NCBI RefSeq assembly: GCF_006345805.1
Contig: NC_042997.1
Coordinates: forward strand, 101,494,001 to 101,558,000
From: Octopus sinensis
Lineage: Eukaryota
Direction of reading: 5' to 3'
Length of the DNA stretch: 64,000 nucleotides
The translations under genes were made by a program, and so were the position numbers. How positions within the stretch are numbered: position 1 is the stretch's first letter; the number at the start of each line of letters is the position of its first letter. Shown here in pieces: positions 1 to 12,499 of this stretch. A model generated the notes under the pieces. That model made no database searches. It saw nothing but the letters and a program-made list of their open reading frames with translations, and was not told where the DNA came from.

Positions 1-118
1 TGTGTATAAATATAAGTATACATATGTGTGTGTTTGTGTAACGGTTATAAGCACAAGATGCAGTTTATTTTTTTTTTGTTCCCTACAAACATTTCGCCAT
101 TGTGTTCATTTGCATCTT

Positions 119-227
119 CTGCGGTGGATGCTCCAAGTACATTTGAGTACTGTTGTGCATAATATTGTGTTCCTCTGATGAATTGTTGTGCTTCAGTATC
201 CAATTGTGCTTGGAGCATCCACTACAG
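119..227. repeat. Inverted repeat/hairpin with 34-bp arms and 41-nt spacer; pre-miRNA-like or dsRNA candidate
   Basis: ctgcggtggatgctccaagtacatttgagtactg (119-152) pairs with cagtatccaattgtgcttggagcatccactacag (194-227), with 3-4 mismatches plus G-U pairs depending on strand. Confidence 0.85.
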
Positions 228-488
228 TGGTGAAATTTGTGTGAGGGAGAAATGATATAAACTGCTCTTGTGTTTATCATAATTTTCCCTATATTTGCTC
301 TGTATATCATAACCAATAATAAAGATAAAGAGAGTAGCAACCACAACACTTATGTGGAAATAGACTGGATGGTGTTACTCTAAGCAGAGCTATAAATTTA
401 CCAGTAGCAGTCATACATCTAACTATACAACTATACACAAGATACTCTATATATGTGTCTGTGTAAGTTTACATACATACATACATAT

Positions 489-532
<44 letters not shown>

Positions 533-568
533 CACCATCGTTTAATGTCCACTGTCCATGCTGGTATG

Positions 569-603
<35 letters not shown>

Positions 604-2264
604 TTTCCTTTATTTGTTGGTTAAGAAGGCTACCAGTGGTTTCATGCCAAGAATTCTCAGCAATTATCAAGCCTGCCACAGAGTATGTTGGTACTCATTT
701 CCATCTTATTAGCCAACAAATAATAAGTATTTATCCACCAATGTGGTGTAGATCATGCTTTCTCATTGTTTGATATTAATGTATATTATTACATCTATAT
801 ATACACACTGTTGCATGTGTGCACACACACACACATATACATGTTTATATCTATATTTCATGTAGGGCAGGTAGAACTATAAGCTTTACAAGTTTACTTT
901 CCAATCACATGGTTTTGTGTTCAGTCTCAGTGTGTGGCACTTTGGTCAGATGTCTTCTACTGTCACTCTGAGTTGACTGAGTATTGTGAGTGAATTTGGT
1001 AAACAATATACAGAAAGCTCATCCTATATTTATATGTGTGTGTGTATGTGTAAATATTTTCCCCTGTATATGTGGGTGTATATATATACTGATATGTGCT
1101 TATATCTGATTTAGCTACAGTTACATGCCAATTTGACTGTAGCTATATACACTCAGATATATTTATATATGTCTGTCTGTAGCTCAGAGCTACAAGAACA
1201 TGGGAATATATAAACATACAAGAAACCACCTGTGTCAAGTTCACGTGCGCGTGTGTGCGTGTGAGACTGTCAAAGCAATGGGAGACAGCTTAACACTAGC
1301 ACATCATGATGCTATATCCACTCATATAAAATAATGGCTTCATTCTGATTGAATAAGATATACCGAAGGTTACATGCTGGAATGGGATAATTTATAAACA
1401 ATACTAGTTACTGTGAAACTATTAATCTATTCACGAACAGTTAACCACCATGTATTTCTTCTAAAAGTATTCCATGTCCTAAATTCTATTGAGTGTTTAG
1501 ATACTTAGATGTCCATGTGTGTATATTATATTATATATAATATGTATTTACAGATGTATATACATATATACACTGTATATTTCATATATATATAGATATA
1601 TATATGTAGGATAAATTGATAGATATAGATATATGAGATATGAATGAGAAAATATGCATATTTACGTATTAAAGAGAGAAAGTAAACAAGAACTGAAGAA
1701 AGAAACAGATGTTTCTGTAACTAACACTTACTTTCCTATTGTATTTATTTGTTCATTCATTCATTTAATATCTCCTTTGCCAGTTTGCATAAATTTTGAC
1801 AGAGAGTTCTTAGAGGCAGGATTCTACAGCCAAATGCTCTTCCTGTGAGCAACTCCTACTTGTTTTTCATGTTGGGGATATCTGTATTACAGAGGGCTTC
1901 AAAAACACGGAGTGACTTGTCATAGTGTCAACAAAACAATGTCAACATTGGCACCACATCATTCAGGTGGAGTGTAAACATACATGTATATCAACACACA
2001 TACTCACACACTTACTCTCACACACACACACACACATAACCTATGCCAGTATGGAAAACAGATATTAAATGATGATGATGATGATGCACAATGAGCTTCT
2101 TTTAGTTTCCATCTACCAAATTCCCCCACAAGGCTTAGTCATTTGGGGTTGTAGACACCTGCCCAGAGTGCTTCCCTTGTGGGACTGAACCTACAACCAA
2201 AAGGTTGGCGAGTGAGCTTCTTAATTGCACAATAATGCTTGTATCTATATGTACACTCAGCAAG

Positions 2265-3335
2265 TCAACCTCTGTTTGATGTATACATAGTGAGATATGA
2301 CATTGGTTTATTCATGCTGGATACCTTACAAAACATACACAACCTCTCAGTTGGGATCTTTATAGAGTTGCTATCTCTCCTGTCACAAGTTATAAGAATG
2401 GCCACACCATGTGTAAGTTTAGGAAGTCTAAACTTTTGACTTAACAGTAACTGTTACCACCAACTTATCAAAGGTCAACTTCGTAGATGTCACTCTAGAC
2501 CTGAAGTCAAGCAAGTGCTACACCACTGAAGAAGCTCTTTATATTCACAGAAACTCTAACCATCCACAAGCTATAATTGAAATCTAGTCGATATTTTGGT
2601 ACACAGAGAGACCAAACAGACATCTTCAACGGGGTCACACCTCATTATAATGAGGTACTAGCAATGATTAGCTTTAATAACACATTAGTATCTGTGAAGG
2701 ATCCCTCACTACCATTCCCAAACAAACCCAAAGAGTGTTACAAAGAGAAAGGTAATGTGGTATAATCCCCCACGTACTCTAGCTGTTTCCACTGGTAGAG
2801 CTAGAAGCATTCTGGTGTTAATTAGACAGCGTTTCCCAAGAACCCAAAGGTTTCATAAGCTCTTTAATACTCATAGCATTAAATTTACCTACTTACGCTT
2901 GGATAATATTTTCCAACATTACACTCTATAACAAAAACAAAGTGGCATCCACACAATCTTTACTTCAAACCCCAAAATGTAACTGTCAAAATCCCACCTG
3001 TAATTAGATCCTGTCTCTCAAAGACTGTGGTCTAGGGAGCCACCCTTATACTATCCATCAAGGGAAGGTTTATGCAACACATCTATTCCTTTAGGTGTTG
3101 GGACAGGGTAAATTCTACCTTCCTGTCCTTCTTTATCTGGAAACTCTCAGACCAAGGAAGTAACCTCCCTAGCAATATATGGAACATTATTGATGAAGCC
3201 CTTCCTTACTCACTTGGAATTTAATTGGCAACTCTGCCCCGCAAAGATACTGCAACATTCTACTGTGTCCCTCAATAAGAATACCAATCTATCTTATTGT
3301 CCTCTCCAGAAATACGCCCTGTTTATGAATGTCAA
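2265..3335 (+). mobile_element. Degenerate Penelope-like element fragment (RT C-terminus plus GIY-YIG region)
   Basis: Frameshifted motifs KVNFVDVTLDL, LYIHRNSNHP, IFNGVTPHYNEVL, WYNPP, FHKLFNTHSIK, CNCQNP, WNIIDEALPY and LNKNTNLSYC match the PLE ORF pattern in order. Confidence 0.8.
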
Positions 3336-4409
3336 ATCATTTGCTACTCTACACCTAGTTGGCCCATGCACAATTGCAGGAGTATAGAATCCCTCTTCAT
3401 TCACAATAAAATTATTTCTGCTTCTACATAATAACAATGTTGCCTACTATCATCAAGTTATATTTTTTTTAAATTACACCATGCTACCAAGCTTGGTTAC
3501 AAACTAATATATAGCCTAGCAATGCCATACCAATTATCTCACCATGTGGTAACTGCCATGGCTGAAATGTCAAATGTTATGGCATCCCAGATACATGATG
3601 CCACATTCTGTCTGCTGTACCATGTGGAGCATATAAATAATGAATTGCTATCACTGCTATGCAAAAATATTTACATGACTTGAAGTGACCATTGGACACA
3701 CAGATATTCTCACCAAGAAGCCATTTTATAATTTCTTTTAAATTCTCTTTACTCTGACTACATACACCTGAGGTTGTAAACATATTTTGTGCCACAAAAC
3801 TCTAAGTGATATGGAACTGAGCCAACCTATTACAAAATGCTTACAACTCCAACTAAATGAATTGAGTGCTACATTCTTTCATTTGTTCACTTACATGTAT
3901 ATGCATAACCATATCATTACTCACTGTTTCTCTCTTTTCTCTCTCTCTCTCTCTCTCTCTCTTTCTCCACCTCCTCCTCCCCTTAAAAGTATTTGTATTC
4001 ACCCTAGGTTATTGAGTACCCTACACATATACTCTTATCTCTCAATCTCAATAACCCATTTCTAGTATTTCTGCTGTCATTACTTGCCATTCTATTCCCC
4101 TCCTCAGCTTTAGATTAATAGGTTTTCACTACATTTACTGTGTACAAGGTATACTGTCTCCTGTACTTGTTCTACAATACAAACAGTCACTTTCCCTCTA
4201 CAAATGAATGGTTAGCAAGTCAACCTCACTAATGCTGGTGCCATGAAAATGCACTCAGTATGTACTATAAAGTGATTGTCAAATGAGCAAAGAATCTGTT
4301 GAGCTGTAAGATCCATTTAACCCTCTCTTACTGAGGACTATTCAACTTCACAAGTGTTAGTACTTTTCAACTTACACACATACTCACAGATATGCACTCA
4401 CACACACAG

Positions 4410-4443
<34 letters not shown>

Positions 4444-5195
4444 ATATATATATACATACACACACGTTTGTATGCATTTTTCTTTCTTCCTCACTTTATC
4501 TTTCTATATATATATATATAATATATATATATATAATATATATATATATATGTATATAAAGGAGTGGCGTCTATCAAATTCATTACAGTATGTGGAAAGT
4601 ACTAACTTGGAATCGATAATAGGCAAAATTAACAAGGCGTGAACAGTAAGGTTTTGTACTCAGAATGTAAAGTGGATAAAACAAAATGCGAAAACCATTG
4701 AACACAATGTTCTATTGTTCTGGCTATTCCACTGAAATTTTTATTAAAGAATATAATTAAAACTTCAACTGGCGATAGTGCACTTTTCATCTTCTTTCCA
4801 GTGTTAAATTAGTTGGCATCAAAAGTAGGATTAGTAAGAGCTTAGCAATACCAATGACAGTGCACCAGTGTGGCCACAGATATAGACTGAAACAAATATA
4901 AGATAAAAGATAGAAGTCTATATCTTTAAAAATATTCATATTTACACATATATTGTATGTATTTATTTATGCATATTCATATTTGTACATCCATACTTAT
5001 AATTAGATTTCTGTATATACATATGTAGTCATGTATATATTTACATATATTTTTATGTATATACATACATTTATATATATATTCAGATGAATGTGGTATG
5101 TACGTTGAAGCACCAGAATTTAGTACGGTATTATCCATACAATTTCAAAATAAAGTGATTAAAATCAAAATAAGCAACAAAGATATCCAGAGGTA

Positions 5196-5283
5196 ATGCA
5201 GTACAATCTTTTCACGCAACTCCATTTAATTGAACAATGCAATCATTACATCAATTTAAATGCAGAGCTTTCCTCAGCTGCAC
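5196..5283 (-). ncRNA. Type I hammerhead ribozyme motif with extended stem II; C15.2 mutated to A in this copy
   Basis: Minus strand reads tgcag-CUGAGGA-[57-nt stem II]-GAAA-a-gauu-GUA-ctgca. Stem I is tgcag/ctgca. The sister copy at 6332-6348 keeps GAAAC-GATT-GTA-CTGCA. Confidence 0.7.
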
Positions 5284-6004
5284 AAAGACATAGAATTTAA
5301 TTAAATTAAAACAGATGGACACATTAGTATAATTTTACTGAAAATCTCCAAGAAGTTAAAGAGATAGACAAAGAACATGCTGCCTTCACATCAGCTTAGA
5401 AGCTACTAAGGTATCAAGAAGAAAGACTTGTTACAGATTTTGCTTGTCACTGTTTTATGGGGTCAGTTTTAATTTATAGACTAGTTTTACCAAATCCTTA
5501 TATATCTAAGGCCTGAGAGAACTGGGGCAGTGTCTGCTTGGGGTAGGGCTGAGGGAGTCGACAGAAATCATAGTGGGTATAGTCATAGAAAAGTCAAGAT
5601 TTATTGGAAGCAATATCATGAGATTTGGTAAAAGAAAAACTTAAATCAAGATGTTAGCTGACAATTGAGCCCCCCACCCCACCCTGGCCACTAGCAGACC
5701 ATTGAGAATGAAACAGGGGAAATCTTATCATGTAGTACTATAGTTAGATAATTTAAACAATGTTGCTATATTGTATAAAGTTAAAGTCTAGGGTTATTCA
5801 GAGGATTATTAAGAAGAATATTATAACAAAAGGATAAAAAGTTTTTTGAATACTTTTGAGTATATATCAGACTTTTACCACAATAGAAGGAGGAAAAGAA
5901 ATTATTTAGAAACAGTTTAATATTTATACATATATCCTTAAATACTAACTTTTCACTAATGCGTCCATCTATTTTAATTTAATTAAATTCTATGTCTTAA
6001 ATTG

Positions 6005-6302
6005 ATGTGGCACGTAAAAAGCACCATCTGTACGTGGTCGATGCCAGCACCACCTTGACTGGCTTCCGTGCCAGTGGCACGTAAAAAAACCAACCGATCG
6101 TGGCCGTTGCCAGCCACCCCTGGCACATAAAAAGCACCCACTACACTCACGGAGTGGTTGGCATTAGGAAGGGCATCCAGCTGTAGAAACACTGCCAGAT
6201 CAGACTGGAGCCTGGTGCAGCCTCCTGGCTTCCCAGACCCGGTCGAACCATCCAACCCATGCTAGCATGGAAAACGGACGTTAAATGATGATGATGATGA
6301 TG
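6005..6302 (+). mobile_element. 5'-truncated RTE LINE 3' UTR with (GAT)n tail
   Basis: Matches the 3' UTR of the RTE at 60997-61604 and ends catggaaaacggacgttaaatgatgat. Confidence 0.9.
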
Positions 6303-6401
6303 TTGCATTGTTCAATTAAATGGAGTTGTGTGAAACGATTGTACTGCATTACCTCTGGATATCCTTGTTGCTTATTTTGATTCATACATATATATATCAA
6401 G

Positions 6402-6550
6402 CTGTTGGTTAAGAAGGTTGCTTCCCAACCATATAGTATTGAGTTCAGTCCTGCTCTGTGACACTCTGAGCAATTTGGGCAAATGTCTTCTATTACAGCA
6501 CTGGGCTGACCAAAGCCTTGTGAATGGATTTAGTTGAGAGAAACTGAAAG
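6402..6550 (+). mobile_element. SINE family A, 5' part
   Basis: Homologous to the full copy at 35930-36319, with CpG decay. Confidence 0.8.
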
Positions 6551-6660
6551 ACATACATACATACACACATACATACATACATACATACATACATACATAC
6601 ATACATGCATGCATGCATGCATGCATGCATGCATGCATGCATGCATGCGTGTGTGTGTGT
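6551..6660. repeat. Compound microsatellite (TACA)n(TGCA)n(TG)n
   Basis: Seen directly in the sequence. Confidence 0.95.
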
Positions 6661-6850
6661 ACTTCCTCTTTCATACATTAATTAAGAGCACGTGTCTGAA
6701 TAGGTTAATCAAAAGCACACACACCAGAAAAAAAAACTTCCAAAAAAGGTTAGTAACATCCTAAAAGAAGATATTTTATTTATTTTTTTTTAAATATCCT
6801 CTTAAAAACTGTACTAAGTAATTTTCACAAATCCTTTCAAATACGCGCGC

Positions 6851-6947
<97 letters not shown>

Positions 6948-7071
6948 TATATATTGCAGTCATCTGGCTTGCCAGTCCTCAGTCAAACCGCCCAACCCAT
7001 GCCAGCATGGAAAGCGGACGTTAAATGATGATGATGATGATTATGATGATATCTATCTATCTATCTATCTA

Positions 7072-7124
<53 letters not shown>

Positions 7125-7125
<1 letters not shown>

Positions 7126-7600
7126 ATCCACTGCTTGGATTTACCTGGGATTATACATAAAGAAGTACACCTTCATGGAAATATGGATAAACTCCCATAC
7201 CCTCCAGAACAAGACAAACTATGAACTTTATACTTCTATCTACTTTAAATTTTCTGTCTAGAACTTTCCTGCACACACACCTTGTTTCTGATGAAGGACT
7301 ACCCAGTGTATGGGGATCTTGATCAACATATTGAAACATATTGATCCAAAACCTGGGATATTCCAGAAACAGCTGTAAAACATTATTTACTACTACTTTT
7401 CCTTACTTTCATTCACCTTTACTTTAATTAAAATATTCCAATTAGTCTGATAAGCTTGTCCTACCTTGGTTTTGTTTTCCTTTGATTTATCCCTGCTGAC
7501 TCGGAAGCCTGCCACAAATCCTTAGCTGCGGCCTCTGTTGTGAACCTGGATCCTAATAAATTACCAATTACAGCACTTACACTGCATACTTATTGGTTTA
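7125..7600 (+). mobile_element. PLE 3' end/pLTR fragment
   Basis: A hammerhead core follows a short ORF-like tail, the usual layout at a PLE terminus. Boundaries are uncertain. Confidence 0.55.
7283..7382 (+). ncRNA. Type I hammerhead ribozyme with intact core and 71-nt stem II
   Basis: tgttt (7283-87) CUGAUGA (7288-94) ... GAAAC (7366-70) AGCU GUA (7375-77) aaaca (7378-82). Stem I is 5 bp, stem III is the palindrome CAGCUG, and the stem II base pairs ggactacccag with ctgggatattcc. Confidence 0.8.
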
Positions 7601-7646
7601 GATCATAAGTGACCTATACTCTTCCTGTTCTAAATATATATATATG

Positions 7647-7728
<82 letters not shown>

Positions 7729-9462
7729 GTATCATCATCATTGTTTAATGTCTGCTTTCCATGCTGGCATGGGTGGGATGGTTTGATAGGAGCCAGCCAG
7801 GCAAGAGCTTGCACCAGACTTATATGACTGTTTTGGCAGGAATTTTAGAGCTGGATGCCCTTCATAATACCAACCACTCAGCAAAATGGTCATAATACAA
7901 GTGGCAGGATATTGCAAAAGAAGTGTGATTACAGAGTGCAGAGGAGGGTGGAAGTGAATGGAGAAAACCTGGGTATATACAGAGTGTGGAGGGGCTACCG
8001 GATAGCAATGATACAGAGAAACAGGGTTGTGAGGACAGGATTGGGGAGTGAGAGGAAGGCTTAGTGTATGAAGGAGGAAATGTGAGGAACAGAAGAGATG
8101 TAGATTGGTTGGGGTAGGGTGTGTGAAAATTTTTCTTATTACATGTGTGTGGAACACAGAGGTCGGGGGGGGGGGCTAGTGGATAGCAATGATACAGTGA
8201 GATAGGGCCAATTGGACAGGATTGGAGAGTGGGAGGTAAGCATAGTTCATGAAGTGGAAATGTGAGGAAGAGAAGAGGTGTAGAGATGTAGTTTGGTTTG
8301 TTGTGGTAGGTTGTGAGAGAAGTATTCTCGTTAAGTGTGATTGGGACATTCAGTGCTTCTGGAACTCAGACATGGACGGGTCATCTCAAGAACCTCATAT
8401 CACCAGATGTCTTGGTCCGTTGTCATTTCTTCCATGAGGCCCAGTACCCAACATACTCTGTTAAGTGATTGGCATTAAGAAGGGCATTCAGCTGTAGATA
8501 AATGCTTTCAAAATATCACTCTTTGGTTTGACTTCACTATTACGACATATATGTACACACACACACACACATTTACTTCCATATATATGTTTATATATAC
8601 TCCATCTGGTGACATTGCAAGGCAATACACTGGCATAACAACAAGTAAACTTAAGATAAAATATACACAACACATGCACTCTTTTAGGTGTTTGGATAGG
8701 GGAAGCATCACCTCTCCTTCCTTCTTCATCTGTAGATTCTAGAACCATCAAAGTGATTCTCTTACACAACATCAAATAGAGTATCCTTGACATGGCCTCT
8801 TTGTACTCTTGGATATTATAGTCACCAGCATTGCCTTTGTGAGAAATTCCACATTCTCCATCAGCCCACAGCATCCATCAACAGAAAAAATAAACTGTCA
8901 TTGTTACTACTAGAGGTATGCTCTGTTAATGACTATCAACCCTCTGGCTTCCAATAATCCTGATATACCACCTTGCTGAGATGTACACAAAGGCAGAGTA
9001 TACAATCACTGCAGCCTACTCATATTGGTCCCTGTCTTCAGTTGTGGCATAACTACTGTTGCTACCATGTAATGACTGCTGCTGTTAATTTGCCCAAAAA
9101 TGCCTGATACCCAATTGAAGAAACTAATATCACTTATTTATACCAAACTGCAGCCTGCTATCAAAATTGGTACCCATATCCTGCCAATATCTTTTCAGTA
9201 TAACATGGACCAAAAATAAAGAAAATAGCTGATGTTGCATAACAACCACTTGCTTACAAGTCACCAATTGAGGCCTAAGTCCCTAAAAGCCATTTTAAAT
9301 TTCTTTCAAAGTCGCTGTTTTTGAACATATGATGAGATGGATGTGTACCATGCACATATGAAATTTTAAGCAGTGAGTAGCTGAGTCAAACTGTTTGTTG
9401 AGTGCACATGACCCCAATCAAATGTATTAAGTGTTCCTGTCTTTCATATGTTTACTCACTTG

Positions 9463-9513
<51 letters not shown>

Positions 9514-9984
9514 CTGATATATATGTGTATATAATGTATCTATACTAAAATAGATATCTATAGTGAATATAAATGTATGTATATATTTGACGTATATATT
9601 ATGCATATGCACACACATTGTAATATGTATTATATATATATATTTAAGATAAATATATATATATGATATGTATATATTTAATTCATACATTTATTTAATT
9701 GATGTCTATATCATCATATAAATGTGTTTGTGTGTGTGCATTTACCTTTGTATTTGTGTCTCCCGCTTTAATACATGACAGCCAGTGTTGATTTGTTTGT
9801 GTCCGTGTAACAGTGGTTCAATATAAGAGAATGACAGAATAAGTACCAAACATAAAAAAAAAGTATTGGGGCTGATTTGTTCAACTGAACCTTTGAAAGC
9901 AGCATCTCAGAATGGCCAGAGTCCCAAAACTGAAACAAGTAAAAGAAAAGATAAAGGCCTTATATATTTAACATACCTATGCAG

Positions 9985-10034
<50 letters not shown>

Positions 10035-10559
10035 TACATGCATATAAGAGTGACAACAGTTGCCATATGGCAAGATGAACAGTTTAGTGAGGTCAGGTTA
10101 CATATCAGTTAACGTATCGAGCATGACTTTGTGGTGTAAATATAGCCTTGAAATAGTAAACCACAGTGATAGTACATTTAATACAAAATAAAATTATACA
10201 GCCTAAATCTGTGCAATGACCAGCTGTGGCTAGGGTGGTAACTCCAGATTATCAGTAACCAATGGTTTGAATATCACTAAGAAGATGCTTCTTTGGTGAC
10301 CATAACAGGGCATATATACATGTGTGTGTGATCATTTAACATCTGTTATATATGCTGGCATGGGCTGGACGGTTTGATAGGATCCTGCAAGCTGTAGATC
10401 TGCACCAAGCTCCAGTGTTACTTTGGGCATATTTTCCACAACTCTAAAAACATATATATATATATATATATGTACGCACACAGACGTATATACATATCTA
10501 TATGTTTATATATTTTACATACATATTAGAATAGAGTAGTTTGGATGAAGCATTGGGAT

Positions 10560-11690
10560 ATTAAACTAAATTAAGGGGCCAAAACAATGCAAAATGGATG
10601 AACTACAGAAGTAAAAACAATGAAAGTTATTGTATTCCTTGAAATATTTTGGGGTTAAAATCTCTTCATCAGGATATGTGAAGAAATGGGAGATGATATA
10701 GAGCTGTTATCTTTGCTCAGATATATGAGAGATATGTGCGACATGTGCAAACTAGTATTGTTATAATAACTAGTCTGCCTTATGTAGTTCTTGTCTGTTA
10801 ATTAATGATGGTTTAAATTTATTAAGCTAGCTTCCTTGTTTCTAAGATTGCTACTTATATTGTACTTCATGAGTCTGTTATTTCAGCAGATGTTTGTAAG
10901 TGTTTGTATGAACTTGTTCTTTGATATGGATGTGCAGCTTTCTGATGGTATTCCTGATATAGGTTGCACTACATTTGCTGCAGACCACTTCATGTATAAT
11001 GTAGGTCCTCAAGTACATGTTTAAATTGGACAATGTGCACTTCTCATTACTCTAAGCAGGTCAATTCCATGACAAGGCTTTGGTTGGCCCAAGGTTAGAG
11101 AAGAAGACACTTACCCAAGGTGCCATGCAGTGGGACTGAATATGGAATCGTGATTGGGAAGCATGTTTTTTACCACACAGACATGCCTGCCTATACATAA
11201 TTTTTTTTTTTTATCCAGAGGTACTATTGGCTCTGATGGGAAGGGCCAATTCATAGTGTACAGGTTCCTCTTGGCCACTGTCTTATAAAAGTTGGTTTAA
11301 ATGGAGCCCTTCTTTGTAATTCTTAGTTAGAAATCAAGCAAACACAGGAATTCAGATTTGTTGTGTGAGTTCCATCTTGAATTTGAGATGGTCATCAGTA
11401 TTATTGGATTTCCCACGTATAATGACACCCTCCTCATAGGAGAAAGTGAGCATTAGGATGTCATCACATAAATGAAGAAGAAGGTTAAGGAGTAGCTGAT
11501 GCTAAGAACTATGCACTCCAGTTTATCCATGTTTCTGATGACCAGCTGGCCTAATTGACTTGATCCCATCAGTAGACATGTGATTTGTTTGTGCACCATA
11601 CCATCATACTGGAAATATGTGTTACATGAGGATGGTCAGTCATTCATAGATGCCTGAGTATTTATGTGTGTTTGATCAACTGAATTTTCT
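10560..11690 (-). mobile_element. Degenerate PLE (Poseidon-like RT) with a SINE insertion at ~11050-11200
   Basis: Minus-strand YFQYDG..KQ..LLMGS matches the PLE YFQ..G..Y.Q..GLAMGS motif. The terminus reads cctgatgaagag at ~10662-10673. Confidence 0.65.
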
Positions 11691-12002
11691 GCTAATTGAA
11701 TTGGCATATAAATACCTGAGCTTTTCACAGCCACATGTTTCTATAACTAATCCTTAAGTGAAATTATTATGACACACTGTCTGACAAGGTTATATCTTCT
11801 ATAATAATAAAAGTAAAATTTTATCTGTCTATCTAGGACTCCTGTATCTCAGCCTACATTTGCTCTACATAGCCATATCATACTTTTTTGGAATCAGGAT
11901 GATCTTGCGATTGAAAATCTGCCCTTCATTTCATTAGCGTTTGTCAGATGACATCTGAAATCAATGGGAGATAAATGACATTCACTTCATTAATTTTACG
12001 TC

Positions 12003-12044
<42 letters not shown>

Positions 12045-12048
<4 letters not shown>

Positions 12049-12255
12049 GCTGGCAGAAATGTTAGCATACCAGGCGAAATGCATAGCAGTATTTTGACTG
12101 TCTTTACATTCTGAGTTCAAATTCCATCGAGGTTGACTTTGCCTTTCATCCTTTTTGGGGTCGATAAATTAAGTACCAGTTGTGTACTGGGGTCGATCTA
12201 ATCAAATGGCCCTCTCCCCAAAAATTACGAGCCTTGTGCCTAGCGTAGAAAAGTA
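12045..12255 (+). mobile_element. SINE family B (tRNA-derived)
   Basis: ggctggcagaaatgttagc ... ctgagttcaaattcc (B box) ... gccttgtgcctagcgtagaaaag; near-identical to 45038-45259. Confidence 0.9.
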
Positions 12256-12499
12256 TATATATATATATATATAACATCTAACAAAGTGCTGCAACTTAAG
12301 TACCAAATTCAACCGAATCTTATATATACACACACACACAAAATGGATGATAGTCACTAGAGCCATATTCTGCTCTTATGATAGGAAGGCATGAGTGCTA
12401 TGCCTCACAGAAGCTTTTTGAGATCATTCAAGGAATGGTTCCTCTGCTGAATACACTATCCAAAATTTTGTTTCCCTGCAACCACACAACATTTAAAAC

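Larger units (their letters stand above)
5150..6385. mobile_element. PLE remnant with inverted pLTR pair; right copy interrupted by an RTE tail
   Basis: 5164-5243 is nearly identical to the reverse complement of 6303-6382, and 5285-5335 matches 5955-6000. Both copies carry hammerhead-type motifs. An inverted pLTR is a known PLE architecture. Confidence 0.7.

Noticed and set aside
83-349. 88-aa minus-strand ORF over the hairpin
   Set aside because: TTG start and no recognisable motif. The inverted repeat explains the region better.
8488-8874. 128-aa minus-strand ORF with a possible donor at 8766
   Set aside because: No adequate acceptor in frame, the 3' part is microsatellite, and no motif was recognised.
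10640-10675. CTGATGAAG hammerhead-like start on the minus strand
   Set aside because: The GAAAC and GUH elements are decayed, so no complete ribozyme can be folded.
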